A stretch of 46,093 nt of DNA from Patescibacteria group bacterium (GCA_042571085.1 JBHPGB010000005.1:1-46093), one strand, 5' to 3'; positions 1-10,306 are shown, numbered from the stretch's first letter. Numbers and translations are program-made. The notes: generated by a model from the letters alone, not told the origin.

Positions 1-251
1 TAATTAACATCAAATCTGTTTGCCCCTACAATCGTACCGTCAAATATTGCATTGGCGTAAGCTTGAAATATTCCACTTACACCCAAGGCTCCGTCTTTAT
101 ACTGAGATATTGCACTTATATTTATAGGCGCGGGTGTATTACCGGCCGGGGCTGTATCAGTTGGACCCGTCCAAGCGTATACATAACTTGCGCCTATTGC
201 CACTACGAAAGCAATGATAATTATTTTTATTGTTTTGATAAAATCTTGCAT
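1..251 (-). CDS. Secreted/surface protein, 5' part only (runs off window start); not in ORF track
   Basis: Manual translation from ATG at 251: MQDFIKTIKIIIIAFVVAIGASYVYAWTGPTDTAPAGNTPAPINISAISQYKDGALGV...; signal peptide followed by a WTGPT..P.GN..APIN...Q.K.G.L segment of the kind I recall from Parcubacteria surface proteins. Confidence 0.75.
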   Translation of the reverse strand, partial: MQDFIKTIKIIIIAFVVAIGASYVYAWTGPTDTAPAGNTPAPINISAISQYKDGALGVSGIFQAYANAIFDGTIVGANRFDVN

Positions 252-373
252 GATTAACTTTTTAAATATTAGTTTTAAATTACACTTATTGTACTCTTTA
301 TATGAAGCAGCTTCAATATATTTGTGGATAATAAAAAAACACCGGCCTCCGCGGGTATTTTTTACTTTAAAAT

Positions 374-718
374 CTATTGATTACTACCTGCCCTCAATGC
401 ATCTAGTTCATTAATTTGCTCATCAACATCAGCGACTATGTGGTCTTCTTTGCGTAATTCATTCAATGCTGCTGATTGCTCATCTAACTCTTCTTGTGTT
501 AGAGGCTCACTGCTACCTACCTGAGCACGTAATGCGTCTAATTCTTGAGCCTGCTTCTCTATTTCTCTATCTTGTGCACCTTTTTGATATGTTGAGAAAG
601 CAAACCATGCCCCTACTGCTACAACAATAACCAGAACGATTATTGTAATAATTTTTTCGCGAGGATGTTCTTCTCCTACTGGTACTCCTGGTGTGTTTTG
701 TTTTGTGTAATTATCCAT
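374..718 (-). CDS. Hypothetical single-TM membrane protein with acidic coiled-coil C-terminus
   Basis: 114-aa ORF, hydrophobic IITIIVLVIVVAVGAWFAF, repeated ELDALR motif. Confidence 0.75.
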   Translation of the reverse strand: MDNYTKQNTPGVPVGEEHPREKIITIIVLVIVVAVGAWFAFSTYQKGAQDREIEKQAQELDALRAQVGSSEPLTQEELDEQSAALNELRKEDHIVADVDEQINELDALRAGSNQ

Positions 719-763
719 ATTATTTCAATTGTACTCCTATAAAAACAGGTGGGCAAGATTCAT

Positions 764-786
764 TGTGGATAACAAAGTGTGAATAA
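764..786. promoter_or_regulatory. Pair of DnaA-box-like 9-mers
   Basis: TGTGGATAA (764-772) and TGTGAATAA (778-786); another TGTGGATAA at 323-331. Confidence 0.45.
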
Positions 787-931
787 CCAAACTTGCATGA
801 TTGGTTGACTTTTTTTTATTCTTGTGTATACTATGAGCATTGAAGTCCGTTATGAAACGGGCTAATTTTTTTAGAAAAATAGGAAGTGAATAAACTGCGA
901 AGCAGTGCCATGAGCGACCATATTTTTCTTA

Positions 932-1105
932 ACCCCGTGAAATGATTTTTGTGAAACAAAAATCAGGAAATTATTTTTTCAAAAATAATTTCCTATTTCA
1001 CTGGGGTGGTTTAATAAATAAAATAGAAGTGAATATTTGAACAAACCCCAGTGGAACCCTGCTATGAATTGCAGGATTCGTCTTACGACGAATATTCCAC
1101 GGGGT
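932..1105. repeat. Two nested-hairpin palindromic elements upstream of nusA
   Basis: ACCCCGTGAAAT...ATTTCACTGGGGT (~932-1007) and ACCCCAGTGGAA...TTCCACGGGGT (~1045-1105), each enclosing smaller hairpins. Confidence 0.7.
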
Positions 1106-1151
1106 GATAATTTTAATAGTCGTTCATAAATTTACTCCTTAAAAATCTATT

Positions 1152-2543
1152 ATGTTTGATTTAAAAGTATTGAAATCCGCGTTGGATCAGCTTCATGAGG
1201 AAAAAGGTATTCCGCAGGAACGTATCATAGACGCAATAGAAACAGCTCTAGCAGCTGCATACAAAAAAGATTACGGGAAAAAAGGGCAAATCGTCCGCGC
1301 TGAATTTGATATGGACACAGGTGCAACCGAATTTTCTCAGGTAAAAATAGTAGTTGATGAATCAACGGTTCGCATGCCAACAGAAGAGGATGAAGAGGCG
1401 ATGCAGGTTGAAGAAGAAAAACCAAAAAGAGTTGGTGTCGAGAAGGAAGAAGAGTTGGAAGAAGACGTACTTCCTTTGTTTAATCCAGAGCGACACATTC
1501 TTGTTGAAGATGCTCAGAAAATCAAAAAAGATGTTGAGCTTGATGAAGAAATTATATTCCCACTTGAAACAAAAGATGATTATGGTCGCATAGCTGCACA
1601 AACAGCAAAGCAAGTTATTATTCAAAAAATAAGAGAGGCAGAAAAAGACTCAGTACTAGAAGAATATGGCTCAAGAAAGGGTGACGTGGTAAGCGGTATT
1701 GTACAAAGAGTAGAACGCGGAAACGTGTTTGTTGAACTTGGCCGCGTGGTTGCAATGCTTCCATATGAAGAACAAATCCCCGGTGAACATTATCGCCAAG
1801 GTGCACGAATAAAAGCATGCATCATTGATGTGTCTGAAGGGTTGCGTGGCGTAAACATTCGCCTTTCCCGTTCTCACTCAGACTTCTTGGTAAAACTTTT
1901 TGAAGTTGAATCTCCAGAAATCGCCAATGAAGTTGTAGAAATCAAAGCTGTTGCAAGAGAACCCGGATCACGATCAAAGATTGCTGTAGTTGCACACGAT
2001 GACAAGATTGATCCTATTGGAGCACTCGTTGGACAGCGTGGTGTACGAGTAAACACAGTCTCAACAGAACTCGCAGGAGAAAAAATTGATATTATTGAAT
2101 GGTCAGAAAAACCAGAGCAATTCGTTGCAGACGCACTTTCACCAGCAAAAATTCTAAAAATTGAAACTGATGAGGAAGCTAAAGGTGCAAAAATTACTGT
2201 AGCCGATGACCAAATGTCACTCGCAATTGGAAAAGGGGGGCAAAATGTGCGACTTGCACACAAGCTTACAGGCTGGAGTATTGATATTGAAGGAGCTGAA
2301 GGCACTGGCACAGATGGAGAAGAAGCTCCTGCAGAAGACAAAGGGTCTGTAAAAACAGCTGATGAAATTGAACAAGAGGTAGAGGAAGAAGAAATTGCAG
2401 AAGATATTGTTGAGGAAGAAACTGGTGAGGTGCGCCAAGTTGAAACAGAAGATTCTGAAAACACTACACCAGAAGAAGTTGAGGAAGAAGTTGAGGAGGT
2501 TGAGGAAGCGGAAGAAGAGAAAAGTAATAAAGAAGAAAAATAA
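1152..2543 (+). CDS. nusA: Transcription termination/antitermination factor NusA with long acidic tail
   Basis: GRIAAQTAKQVIIQKIREAE, S1 domain, KH motifs AREPGSRSKIAV, DPIGALVGQRG, SLAIGKGGQNVRLA. Confidence 0.98.
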   Translation: MFDLKVLKSALDQLHEEKGIPQERIIDAIETALAAAYKKDYGKKGQIVRAEFDMDTGATEFSQVKIVVDESTVRMPTEEDEEAMQVEEEKPKRVGVEKEEELEEDVLPLFNPERHILVEDAQKIKKDVELDEEIIFPLETKDDYGRIAAQTAKQVIIQKIREAEKDSVLEEYGSRKGDVVSGIVQRVERGNVFVELGRVVAMLPYEEQIPGEHYRQGARIKACIIDVSEGLRGVNIRLSRSHSDFLVKLFEVESPEIANEVVEIKAVAREPGSRSKIAVVAHDDKIDPIGALVGQRGVRVNTVSTELAGEKIDIIEWSEKPEQFVADALSPAKILKIETDEEAKGAKITVADDQMSLAIGKGGQNVRLAHKLTGWSIDIEGAEGTGTDGEEAPAEDKGSVKTADEIEQEVEEEEIAEDIVEEETGEVRQVETEDSENTTPEEVEEEVEEVEEAEEEKSNKEEK

Positions 2544-2554
2544 GCAAAGCTTAA

Positions 2555-2649
2555 AATTCCACCACAAGGGTACTGAGATTGGCAAGTCAATCGGGAGCGT
2601 CGTTCGGACGTTGTGAAAGTAAACTTTCACTCGCTCCTCGCTAGGAATT
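2555..2649 (+). ncRNA. Candidate structured leader RNA upstream of ppa
   Basis: GC-rich multi-stem: AATTCC/GGAATT, GATTGG/TCAATC, GGAGCG/CGCTCC enclosing CGT/ACG and GTGAAAG/CTTTCAC hairpins. Confidence 0.45.
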
Positions 2650-2683
2650 ATAATCACATTATAAAATTAAAAAGTACACAATT

Positions 2684-3220
2684 ATGAACCTATGGCACGA
2701 TGTAACTTTGGGAGATGATACACCCAAAGAATTTAACACCATTATTGAGATCTCAAAAGGATCTTACAACAAATACGAAATAGATAAGGAAACAGGATTG
2801 ATTGCACTTGATCGCGCAAATTATTCACACGCACCATACCCATTTGATTACGGGTTCGCTCCACAAACACTTTGGGACGATGATGATGCTCTTGACGTTA
2901 TTGTGCTCACAACGTTCCCTCTTGATCCGGGAATTGTTGTGCGTGTGCGACCAGTTGCAGTGATGGAAATGATTGATGATGGTGAATCAGATTTCAAAGT
3001 AATCGCGGTTCCTTCAGAGGATAAGCGCTGGGAGGATGTACAAGATCTTGAAGACCTGAACAAACACGCACTAAAGGAGTACAAACACTTCTTTGAAACA
3101 TATAAAGTGTTGAAGGGTAAGGATAATGAGGTTGATATACGCGGATATAAAGGTAGAGATGAGGCGATTAAAGCTGTAGAAAAATCAATCAAAATGTATC
3201 AAGATAAATACGGAAAATAA
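2684..3220 (+). CDS. ppa: Inorganic pyrophosphatase, family I
   Basis: KYEIDK, YPFDYGFAPQT, DDDDALDVIV motif, MIDDGESDFKVIAV, HFFETYK. Confidence 0.97.
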   Translation: MNLWHDVTLGDDTPKEFNTIIEISKGSYNKYEIDKETGLIALDRANYSHAPYPFDYGFAPQTLWDDDDALDVIVLTTFPLDPGIVVRVRPVAVMEMIDDGESDFKVIAVPSEDKRWEDVQDLEDLNKHALKEYKHFFETYKVLKGKDNEVDIRGYKGRDEAIKAVEKSIKMYQDKYGK

Positions 3221-3269
3221 AAAAAATGCCGCCAAATGGCGGCATTTTTTTATTTTCCGTATTTATCTT
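3201..3269. terminator. Extended palindromic terminator overlapping ppa 3' end
   Basis: TGCCGCCA-AA-TGGCGGCA core with A/T tracts; arms extend to mirror the last ~20 nt of ppa. Confidence 0.85.
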
Positions 3270-3441
3270 TAATTATTCACACCAGATTCGCTTCGTGAAT
3301 ATCAAATATCAATAATGAGTAATCTTATCCCTGTGGAAAACCGTAGTACTGTCAGCGGTATGGTTTTCTTGTATAATCATATATAGACTAAGTGTTTTAT
3401 TTAATTACTATTATAAACTGATAACATACAAAAAATTAATT

Positions 3442-4305
3442 ATGAATAAATATATATTTACATTGTTGTTTGTTGCGCTTATGGTTACAGGCATAAGTGT
3501 TGCAAATGCTGAAGAAGATACAGACTCCTCAACAAATGGACAAACACCTACAATACACCAAGTTCAAAAAGAGGCTAGAAAAAGCTTACTAGAAAAATTA
3601 AGAGTTGAAAGACAAGAAGCCAGGGAAGCTCGTAGTGAAACAATGAATGAAACGAAAGAAGCTCGTGATGAAGCTCGTGCAGAAATGAAAGACGACTTAA
3701 AAAATGCAACGAGTACCGAAGATCGTGATGCAATAAAAGCAGTAGCGAAAGAAAAGCGAGCAGAGAAAAAAGCGGAATTAACTGAACGTGCAAAAGAAAG
3801 AATTGGCGCATATGTTGAACGAATTTTATATAGACTCGCAGCAGCACTTGATCGTCTTTCAAAGATTGCGGATCGTCTAGAAAGCCGCCTTGATAAATTA
3901 GCTGAAGCAGGTGTTGACACAACACAAATGCAAGAATATCTTGATGAGGCACGTAATAAAATAGCGGAAGCGGAAGCGGACCTTGAAGAAGCAAGTGCAT
4001 CTGTTGATGACGCACTTGAGGCAGAAGAGTCACGAGAAATGATGAAGAACGTGAAAGAAATAATTCGTGAAGCAGTAGCAAGTATCAAAGATGCACACAA
4101 GGCATTAGTAGAAGCAATAAAATCAGCAAAGGCTTCAGGAAAAGCACAGTCAGATGAAGACGAAGGTAATGAGGCTGATGAGAACGATGGTGATGATAGT
4201 AACGATGACGATAGTGACGATAATAGTGATGATGATAATGACGACGACAGTGATGACGATGATGACAATGGCACAGCTACAACAACAAACAGTACTACAA
4301 ACTAA
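3442..4305 (+). CDS. Secreted coiled-coil protein with Asp-rich low-complexity tail
   Basis: Signal peptide ending ...SVANA, long helical E/K/A-rich body, D/N-rich C-terminus. Confidence 0.85.
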   Translation: MNKYIFTLLFVALMVTGISVANAEEDTDSSTNGQTPTIHQVQKEARKSLLEKLRVERQEAREARSETMNETKEARDEARAEMKDDLKNATSTEDRDAIKAVAKEKRAEKKAELTERAKERIGAYVERILYRLAAALDRLSKIADRLESRLDKLAEAGVDTTQMQEYLDEARNKIAEAEADLEEASASVDDALEAEESREMMKNVKEIIREAVASIKDAHKALVEAIKSAKASGKAQSDEDEGNEADENDGDDSNDDDSDDNSDDDNDDDSDDDDDNGTATTTNSTTN

Positions 4306-4386
4306 AAAATTATTAACTAAAAAAATTGGTAGAGGGTAAGAAAAAATTAACAAAATACTTCTTACTATTTACCAACCACTAATCAT

Positions 4387-4791
4387 ATGAATGAATTTGA
4401 AACAAACAATCAAAACAACCAAGGCGAACAAGCTACACCTGAAGTAAGTGCGGAAGAAAGCACTTCTCCAGTAGCTTCAACTACACCAGAAACATCAATG
4501 CCTGAACCAGAGAAAAAATCTATCGGGCAAGTTATTGGTATCGTTGTAATTATTGCAGTAATCATAATAGGAGGTCTCTATTTTTATGGTAAAAGCATCT
4601 ACAAAAGCAGTCCTGTTGTTGACGACAACGTAACTGCTGAAGAAATCTTAGCGCAACCAGACGAAGAACTAACATCACTGGAACAACAGAGTGCATCTGA
4701 CAGTGTTGGTTCCATCGAGGAAGACCTTGCCAACTCAGACTTTGACATCGATGCAGAACTTGAACAAATCGATGCGGAGCTAGGTCAGTAA
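4387..4791 (+). CDS. Hypothetical single-TM membrane protein
   Basis: IGQVIGIVVIIAVIIIGGLYFYG TM; acidic C-terminal SDSVGSIEEDL..D helix. Confidence 0.8.
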   Translation: MNEFETNNQNNQGEQATPEVSAEESTSPVASTTPETSMPEPEKKSIGQVIGIVVIIAVIIIGGLYFYGKSIYKSSPVVDDNVTAEEILAQPDEELTSLEQQSASDSVGSIEEDLANSDFDIDAELEQIDAELGQ

Positions 4792-4886
4792 ACAGCAACT
4801 CCTAGTAAAAAACATCAACCAATGGTTGGTGTTTTTTTCTTTACATATTTGTAATTTGTACTCTTTGTGTTACACTAGCCCACATT

Positions 4887-5996
4887 ATGACTAATACTAC
4901 AAATACTATGGACATAGAAGTAAAAAAATTAGAAAATTCTGAAATAGAAATTACAGGTGAAATTTCAACCGAAAAATTTGAATCATACCGTGAAAAAGCT
5001 GTTAAAAAACTTGCTGAAACAGTAAACATTGACGGATTCCGTAAAGGAAATATTCCCGAAGCCGTACTGATTAAGGAGGTTGGAGAAATGGTTGTGCTTG
5101 AAGAAATGGCACAATCAGCAATTGCTGCAGAGTATCCAAATATGATTTTGGAACAAAAAATCGAAGCCATTGGCCAACCACAAATTTCAATCACAAAAAT
5201 TGCTGCTAAATCCCCTCTTGGATTTAAAATAAAAACAGCAATAATGCCAAAATTAGAATTACCAAACTACAAAGAAATTTCTGAAAAAGAAATGAAAGAG
5301 CGTGAAGAAGTTTCAGTAGAAGACAAAGAGGTTGAAGATACAATTCAGATGATCAGAAAGCAACGCGCAGCAGCAGATAAAAAAGCAACGGAAGGTGAAG
5401 AGGGAGCAGAAGGAGAAGGAGGTGACCAGAAAATTGGTGAAGAACTAACTGAAGACGAGCTTCCAGAATTCAACGATGAGTTTGTAAAAACACTCGGAGA
5501 TTTCAAAGATATTGAAGATTTCAAAGTAAAACTAAAAGAAAATCTTAAGGTAGAAAAAGAATCAAAAGCACGACAGAAAAAGCGAATGGCAATCATTGAA
5601 AAGATTATAGATGGGACAAAAGTTGATTTGCCTGAAATTGTCGTAGAAAGTGAACTAGACAGAATGATGCATCAATTCCAAGGAGACATTGCGCGCATGG
5701 GACTAAAGTTTGAGGAATATATAAAACACATCAAAAAAACAGAGGAGGATTTGAAAAAGGAATGGCGTACAGATGCAGAGAAAAGAGCAAAGACTCAACT
5801 TGTGTTAAATAAAATAGCAGTTGAAGAAAAAATTGTACCAGAAAAGGAAAAGATTGATCACGAAGTGAAGCACTTAATGGAACACTACAAAGATGCCGAC
5901 GAAAATGCAGCTCGTAGCTACGTAGAAACAATTCTCACAAACGAACTTGTCTTCCAATTCTTAGAAGGAGGAAAGGGTGAAAAAACAGATAAATAA
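4887..5996 (+). CDS. tig: Trigger factor lacking the FKBP PPIase domain
   Basis: Ribosome-binding motif IDGFRKGNIP; C-domain LPEFNDEFVKTLG; only 369 aa, with an acidic linker in place of the FKBP domain. Confidence 0.93.
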   Translation: MTNTTNTMDIEVKKLENSEIEITGEISTEKFESYREKAVKKLAETVNIDGFRKGNIPEAVLIKEVGEMVVLEEMAQSAIAAEYPNMILEQKIEAIGQPQISITKIAAKSPLGFKIKTAIMPKLELPNYKEISEKEMKEREEVSVEDKEVEDTIQMIRKQRAAADKKATEGEEGAEGEGGDQKIGEELTEDELPEFNDEFVKTLGDFKDIEDFKVKLKENLKVEKESKARQKKRMAIIEKIIDGTKVDLPEIVVESELDRMMHQFQGDIARMGLKFEEYIKHIKKTEEDLKKEWRTDAEKRAKTQLVLNKIAVEEKIVPEKEKIDHEVKHLMEHYKDADENAARSYVETILTNELVFQFLEGGKGEKTDK

Positions 5997-6038
5997 CAAA
6001 ATAATCGGCTCACAATATGTGAGCCGATTATTTTGTTA
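5994..6038. terminator. Bidirectional terminator between convergent tig and anti-sigma-like gene
   Basis: TAACAAAATAATCGGCTCACA-ATA-TGTGAGCCGATTATTTTGTTA, 21-bp arms. Confidence 0.85.
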
Positions 6039-6040
6039 AT

Positions 6041-6379
6041 TTAAGCAATGTTTTGCTCGTGTAAGAAACTATTTGCGTGACTAGTCTTAAAGATATCTCT
6101 CACAAACCACACCAATGCCACAAGCATGGCAACACTCAAAACTTGTACAATAAGCTCAGTATTTGCAAATGATGAAATTGAATATTTATATAATGCAGAT
6201 GCTCCAGAAAGAGATTGCATGTTTGCAAAAACATTTCCAAAAGATACATACAAAGTTCCTACCCAAGCAAAAGCCATCACTACATATAATTTAAAAGCTG
6301 TTGGGTTAATTATTTTTTGCAATATAAAAATCGCGTAAATATTCCGCATTATTTTTTTGTGTAATGTATTTTTTTCCAT
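6041..6379 (-). CDS. Membrane protein, putative anti-sigma factor
   Basis: Starts 2 nt after the ECF sigma stop; N-terminal LHKKIMRNI helix then TM segments. Confidence 0.65.
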   Translation of the reverse strand: MEKNTLHKKIMRNIYAIFILQKIINPTAFKLYVVMAFAWVGTLYVSFGNVFANMQSLSGASALYKYSISSFANTELIVQVLSVAMLVALVWFVRDIFKTSHANSFLHEQNIA

Positions 6380-6381
6380 AT

Positions 6382-6963
6382 TTAAATAAATTTTATACTC
6401 AGATCACGAAAAGCTTTCTTGGCACGGTGAACCCTAGTCTTAATAGTACCAACAGCGACACCTTCTTGTTCAGCAATTTCTTTATGAGTCCTACCTTCCA
6501 AAAAGTGTAGCACTAGAACACTACGTGCATGCTTAGGCAATTTCATTAATATTGAAACGACTCTGTCAGATGTTTCCATTATAAGCATCTCATCTTGTGA
6601 ATATTCTGTTAGCTGATTTATCATTTCTGAAGTGAGTTCTACACATTGTGTCTTTTTTTGTTTTTGATAATGAGTGAAAGCCGTATTCAAAAGAATCTTA
6701 TATCCCCATGAAGAAAATTGTGCACCTTCTCTCTTTTCAAATTTTTTTGCATTCAAATATATTTTAGTGAATGCCTCCTGCACAATATCTTCAGCAGCTT
6801 CTCTACTCCTAACAACTGGCTGCACTTTTCGCAAAAAAGCATCTTGATATTTAGCAACAAGTTTTGAAAAAGCTGGTGGATAATACACAGAAATTGCGAT
6901 TAGTTCTTCATCGCTTTTCTCATTAATGTCTAAATGTTTTGTGTAAAAATCTCGTAAGAGCAT
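6382..6963 (-). CDS. ECF-type RNA polymerase sigma factor
   Basis: Region 2 AEDIVQEAFTKIY..FSSWGYKI; region 4 LHFLEGRTHKEIAEQEGVAVGTIKTRVHRAK. Confidence 0.93.
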   Translation of the reverse strand: MLLRDFYTKHLDINEKSDEELIAISVYYPPAFSKLVAKYQDAFLRKVQPVVRSREAAEDIVQEAFTKIYLNAKKFEKREGAQFSSWGYKILLNTAFTHYQKQKKTQCVELTSEMINQLTEYSQDEMLIMETSDRVVSILMKLPKHARSVLVLHFLEGRTHKEIAEQEGVAVGTIKTRVHRAKKAFRDLSIKFI

Positions 6964-7060
6964 ACTTATATTCTACTATAAAATCGTGAATCATAAACGC
7001 TCCCCTGCTTGACTAGGTTTAACCTAGCCAAGTGTTGGTGGATACGCATTACGAGCAATC

Positions 7061-7203
7061 TCCAAACCTCATTTCGGCTAAAAATTTCCAGATTTTGCAT
7101 GAATACTCGTGAAAAAATTTTCAAAATATCTAAGATATTCTTCAATTTTTTTCACTTCGTCTCACACAAAATCTGAAAATTTCGCTACGAAAGCAGGTTT
7201 GGA
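7061..7203. repeat. ~140-bp imperfect inverted-repeat (MITE/REP-like) element
   Basis: TCCAAACCT...AGGTTTGGA termini, inner CAGATTTTG/CAAAATCTG and GTGAAAAAA/TTTTTTCAC stems. Confidence 0.6.
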
Positions 7204-7357
7204 CACTGCTCTTTGCCTACTAATTTCGACCCCTGTGCTCTATACGAGCTTGCTCTTATTTATTATAACCCTGCAAAAACAAAAAGGTTACATCGTTGTT
7301 TACAGCAGAAAAATTCTTGCTATACTACCCTCATACTAATACTTAATATATAAACTT

Positions 7358-7945
7358 ATGCTTATACCAACAGTTATAGAAAAATCTCAATTCGGCGAAC
7401 GAGCGTATGATATATACTCTCGCCTATTAAAGGAGCGTATTATCTTCTTAGCAGGACCAATTGATGATGCAGTCGCAAATACCATTATCGCGCAGCTTTT
7501 GTTTTTAGAATCTGAAGATCCTAAAAAAGACATTCATTTGTATATTAACTCACCTGGAGGATCTGTGGTTAGTGGTTTAGCAATCTTAGACACAATGAAT
7601 CATATCAAACCAGACGTATCTACCATTTGTGTAGGTATCGCCGCTTCAATGGGTTCATTAATTCTTTCTGCTGGCAAAAAAGGGAAACGATTTGTACTAC
7701 CAAACTCAGAAGTTATGATTCACCAACCATGGGGAGGTGTTGAGGGGCAAGCTTCAGATATAGCCATTACAGCAAAACATATTTTAAAAACTCGTGAGAA
7801 TTTAAATAAGATTTTGGCAAAAAATACAGATCAAACTCTTTCAAAAATTGAAAAAGATGTAGACCGTGACTTCTATATGAGTGCAGAGGAAGCTAAAAAA
7901 TACGGAATTATTGATAAGGTAATGAAAACAAAAAACGGAAAATAG
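7358..7945 (+). CDS. clpP: ATP-dependent Clp protease proteolytic subunit
   Basis: [31 protein letters not shown] (Ser), VMIHQP (His), [11 protein letters not shown]. Confidence 0.98.
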   Translation: MLIPTVIEKSQFGERAYDIYSRLLKERIIFLAGPIDDAVANTIIAQLLFLESEDPKKDIHLYINSPGGSVVSGLAILDTMNHIKPDVSTICVGIAASMGSLILSAGKKGKRFVLPNSEVMIHQPWGGVEGQASDIAITAKHILKTRENLNKILAKNTDQTLSKIEKDVDRDFYMSAEEAKKYGIIDKVMKTKNGK

Positions 7946-8268
7946 GGAAAAGATCCTTGGTTATTGATCATTAATCCCTTACAAAAAATAGCGCGGCGCA
8001 CGAAGTGCACTGTGCTATTTTTTTGTAAATTAGACAAATCAGTAAACCTTTGTTATTATCACAATATAGACAATTATTATTAAAATTCCGTCAAGATATG
8101 AAAAAACAAGTGACGGATTAGAAATATCTTACTTTACGATTTGAATATAATAAATTATGTTTTTAATGTTTAAAAAATACCTATTTAACCCTTTAAACTA
8201 CGCATATTTGCGCACTAGCTAGTCGCGCGCCTATTATTTCTTATCTGTAAAGTGAAATTAAAAACTTT

Positions 8269-9801
8269 ATGGATTTAAAACTATTTATCATATTGGTATC
8301 TGCGGGCGTCGGTTTGGCCGGCATTGCTTTAGGGTACTTTATACGTTGGGCTCTTTCTGTTGGTAAACGTGGGAGTATGGAGCTTGAGATCAAGCAAATG
8401 ACTCTTGCTGCAAAAGAAGAAGCACAAAAAATCACAGAGGAGGCAGACAAAAAAGCTTCAAAAATACTTTCTGAAGCTGAACAAAAAGAGAAGGAGAAGA
8501 AGGGTGAAATAAAGAAAATGGAAGACCGTTTTCTTAAAAAAGAGGACTATTTAGATAAACGTCAGCTTGATGTAGACTCACAAGCTGAAGACATGAAAAA
8601 GAAAATAGTAGAGATAAAAACACTGCGTGAAAATGCAGAAAAAATTGAAGAAGAAAAAAAGGTGGAATTACAAAAAATCTCAGGACTATCAAAAGAAGAG
8701 GCTTTGGTAAAGCTAAATAAAGAACTAGAAAAAGAATACGAGGAAGACTTAATGGTCCTTATGCAAAAAATGGAAAACACCAACGCGGAGCAACTGGAAA
8801 GAAAAGCACGTGATATTTTAACATCTTCAATCCAAAGGTTAGCAAACTCAACAGCCTCTGAAACAATGACCTCAAATGTGACACTTCCGTCTGATGACGT
8901 GAAAGGTAAAATCATTGGAAAGGAAGGACGTAATATTCGTGCGTTTGAACGTGCCGCTGGTGTAGATGTGATCGTAGACGATACTCCAGGAGCAATAACA
9001 ATCTCATCATTTGATCCTGTGCGTCGTCAAATCGCGCGTGTTGCTCTTGAAAATCTTATCTTGGACGGAAGGATCCAGCCTGCAAAAATTGAAGACTACA
9101 TAGCAAAAGCACGTGAAGAGATTAATAAAATCATAAAAACAAAGGGTGAAGAGGCTGTATACGAATGTGGTGTGTATGATTTAGACCCACGCATCGTTTC
9201 AATTCTTGGACGTCTTTATTTCCGAACCAGTTATGGACAGAATGTGTTGCAACACTCTATAGAAATGTCACATATCTCAGGAATGCTTGCTGAAGAGCTT
9301 GGTGTAGACGTGCAAATTGCAAAAGCAGGAGCGCTCTTGCACGACATCGGAAAGGCTGTCGACCATGAAGTACAGGGTACTCACGTGGAAATCGGCCGTA
9401 GAATTTTGCAAAAGTTTGGTGCAGATGAAAAGATCATTCTTGCAATGCAGTCTCACCATGAAGAATACCCTTACGAAACACCTGAATCTATTATTGTGCA
9501 GGTTGCTGATGCCATCTCTGGCGGACGTCCAGGTGCTCGTCGTGACTCTGTAGAGAATTACATAAAACGTCTGCAGGAATTGGAAAGTATCGCAACATCA
9601 TTTGATGGAGTAGAAAAATCTTTTGCACTTCAAGCAGGGCGTGAAATTCGAGTATTTGTACATCCTGAAAATATATCGGACATAGAAGCAAAAAATATGG
9701 CTAAAGATATAGCCAAAAGGGTTGAACAGGAGCTCAAATACCCTGGAGAGATCAAGGTACATGTAATACGGGAGACACGAGTAATAGAGTACGCACGGTA
9801 A
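8269..9801 (+). CDS. rny: Ribonuclease Y
   Basis: N-terminal TM, coiled coil, KH (KGKIIGKEGRNIR), HD domain (LLHDIGK), ADAISGGRPGAR. Confidence 0.98.
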   Translation: MDLKLFIILVSAGVGLAGIALGYFIRWALSVGKRGSMELEIKQMTLAAKEEAQKITEEADKKASKILSEAEQKEKEKKGEIKKMEDRFLKKEDYLDKRQLDVDSQAEDMKKKIVEIKTLRENAEKIEEEKKVELQKISGLSKEEALVKLNKELEKEYEEDLMVLMQKMENTNAEQLERKARDILTSSIQRLANSTASETMTSNVTLPSDDVKGKIIGKEGRNIRAFERAAGVDVIVDDTPGAITISSFDPVRRQIARVALENLILDGRIQPAKIEDYIAKAREEINKIIKTKGEEAVYECGVYDLDPRIVSILGRLYFRTSYGQNVLQHSIEMSHISGMLAEELGVDVQIAKAGALLHDIGKAVDHEVQGTHVEIGRRILQKFGADEKIILAMQSHHEEYPYETPESIIVQVADAISGGRPGARRDSVENYIKRLQELESIATSFDGVEKSFALQAGREIRVFVHPENISDIEAKNMAKDIAKRVEQELKYPGEIKVHVIRETRVIEYAR

Positions 9802-9862
9802 GACAACAATAAAAAAAACAGGGGCCGGAGCTCCTGTTTAAGATAGTCAGATCATAAATAAC

Positions 9863-10306
9863 TCATGTACCACGCACATGAAGCGCCAAACTGGGCATAA
9901 ACTGTGCCGCCTTTTTGAATTGTGGTATAAACATACTATTTAGCATATCTCTACTAAATCCCAGATCTTCGCTTGAGAGGCTGTGCATAGAAAACACGTC
10001 CCTACAAACGTTCTGTGGCAGATCTGAATGATATGTAAAACTTAACCTGGTATGTATCATACTATCACTTGGATCATAGTAGACAATCAAAAGCGCGTTT
10101 TCCATTTCGGTACTTACCTTTTCTGTACCATCACTAAGCCACACACCAACACATTCACACCTGGTACCTATCTCATCTTTCATACTACCTTGTTGAATAA
10201 AAACCCTTCCTTCAAGACCTCCATTTGTCATAAGACGACCATGTAGCATTTCGCTCACACTCTCAAGATACTCGATAGCAATTTCACAGGGTTTAATTTG
10301 AGTCAT
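9863..10306 (-). CDS. Orphan hypothetical protein
   Basis: 147-aa ORF, GGAG upstream of ATG, convergent terminator with rny. Confidence 0.6.
   Translation of the reverse strand: MTQIKPCEIAIEYLESVSEMLHGRLMTNGGLEGRVFIQQGSMKDEIGTRCECVGVWLSDGTEKVSTEMENALLIVYYDPSDSMIHTRLSFTYHSDLPQNVCRDVFSMHSLSSEDLGFSRDMLNSMFIPQFKKAAQFMPSLALHVRGT

Noticed and set aside
1874-2590. 238-aa Ser-rich minus-strand ORF and similar long antisense ORFs (3564-4274, 12736-13518)
   Set aside because: Shadows of Glu/Asp-rich real genes on the opposite strand; no independent motifs
4150-4270. GAT/GAC-rich tandem-like repeat
   Set aside because: Simply encodes the Asp-rich tail of the 3442-4305 protein
8070-8260. 6S RNA upstream of rny
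   Set aside because: Only short hairpins; no long rod with a central bubble discernible
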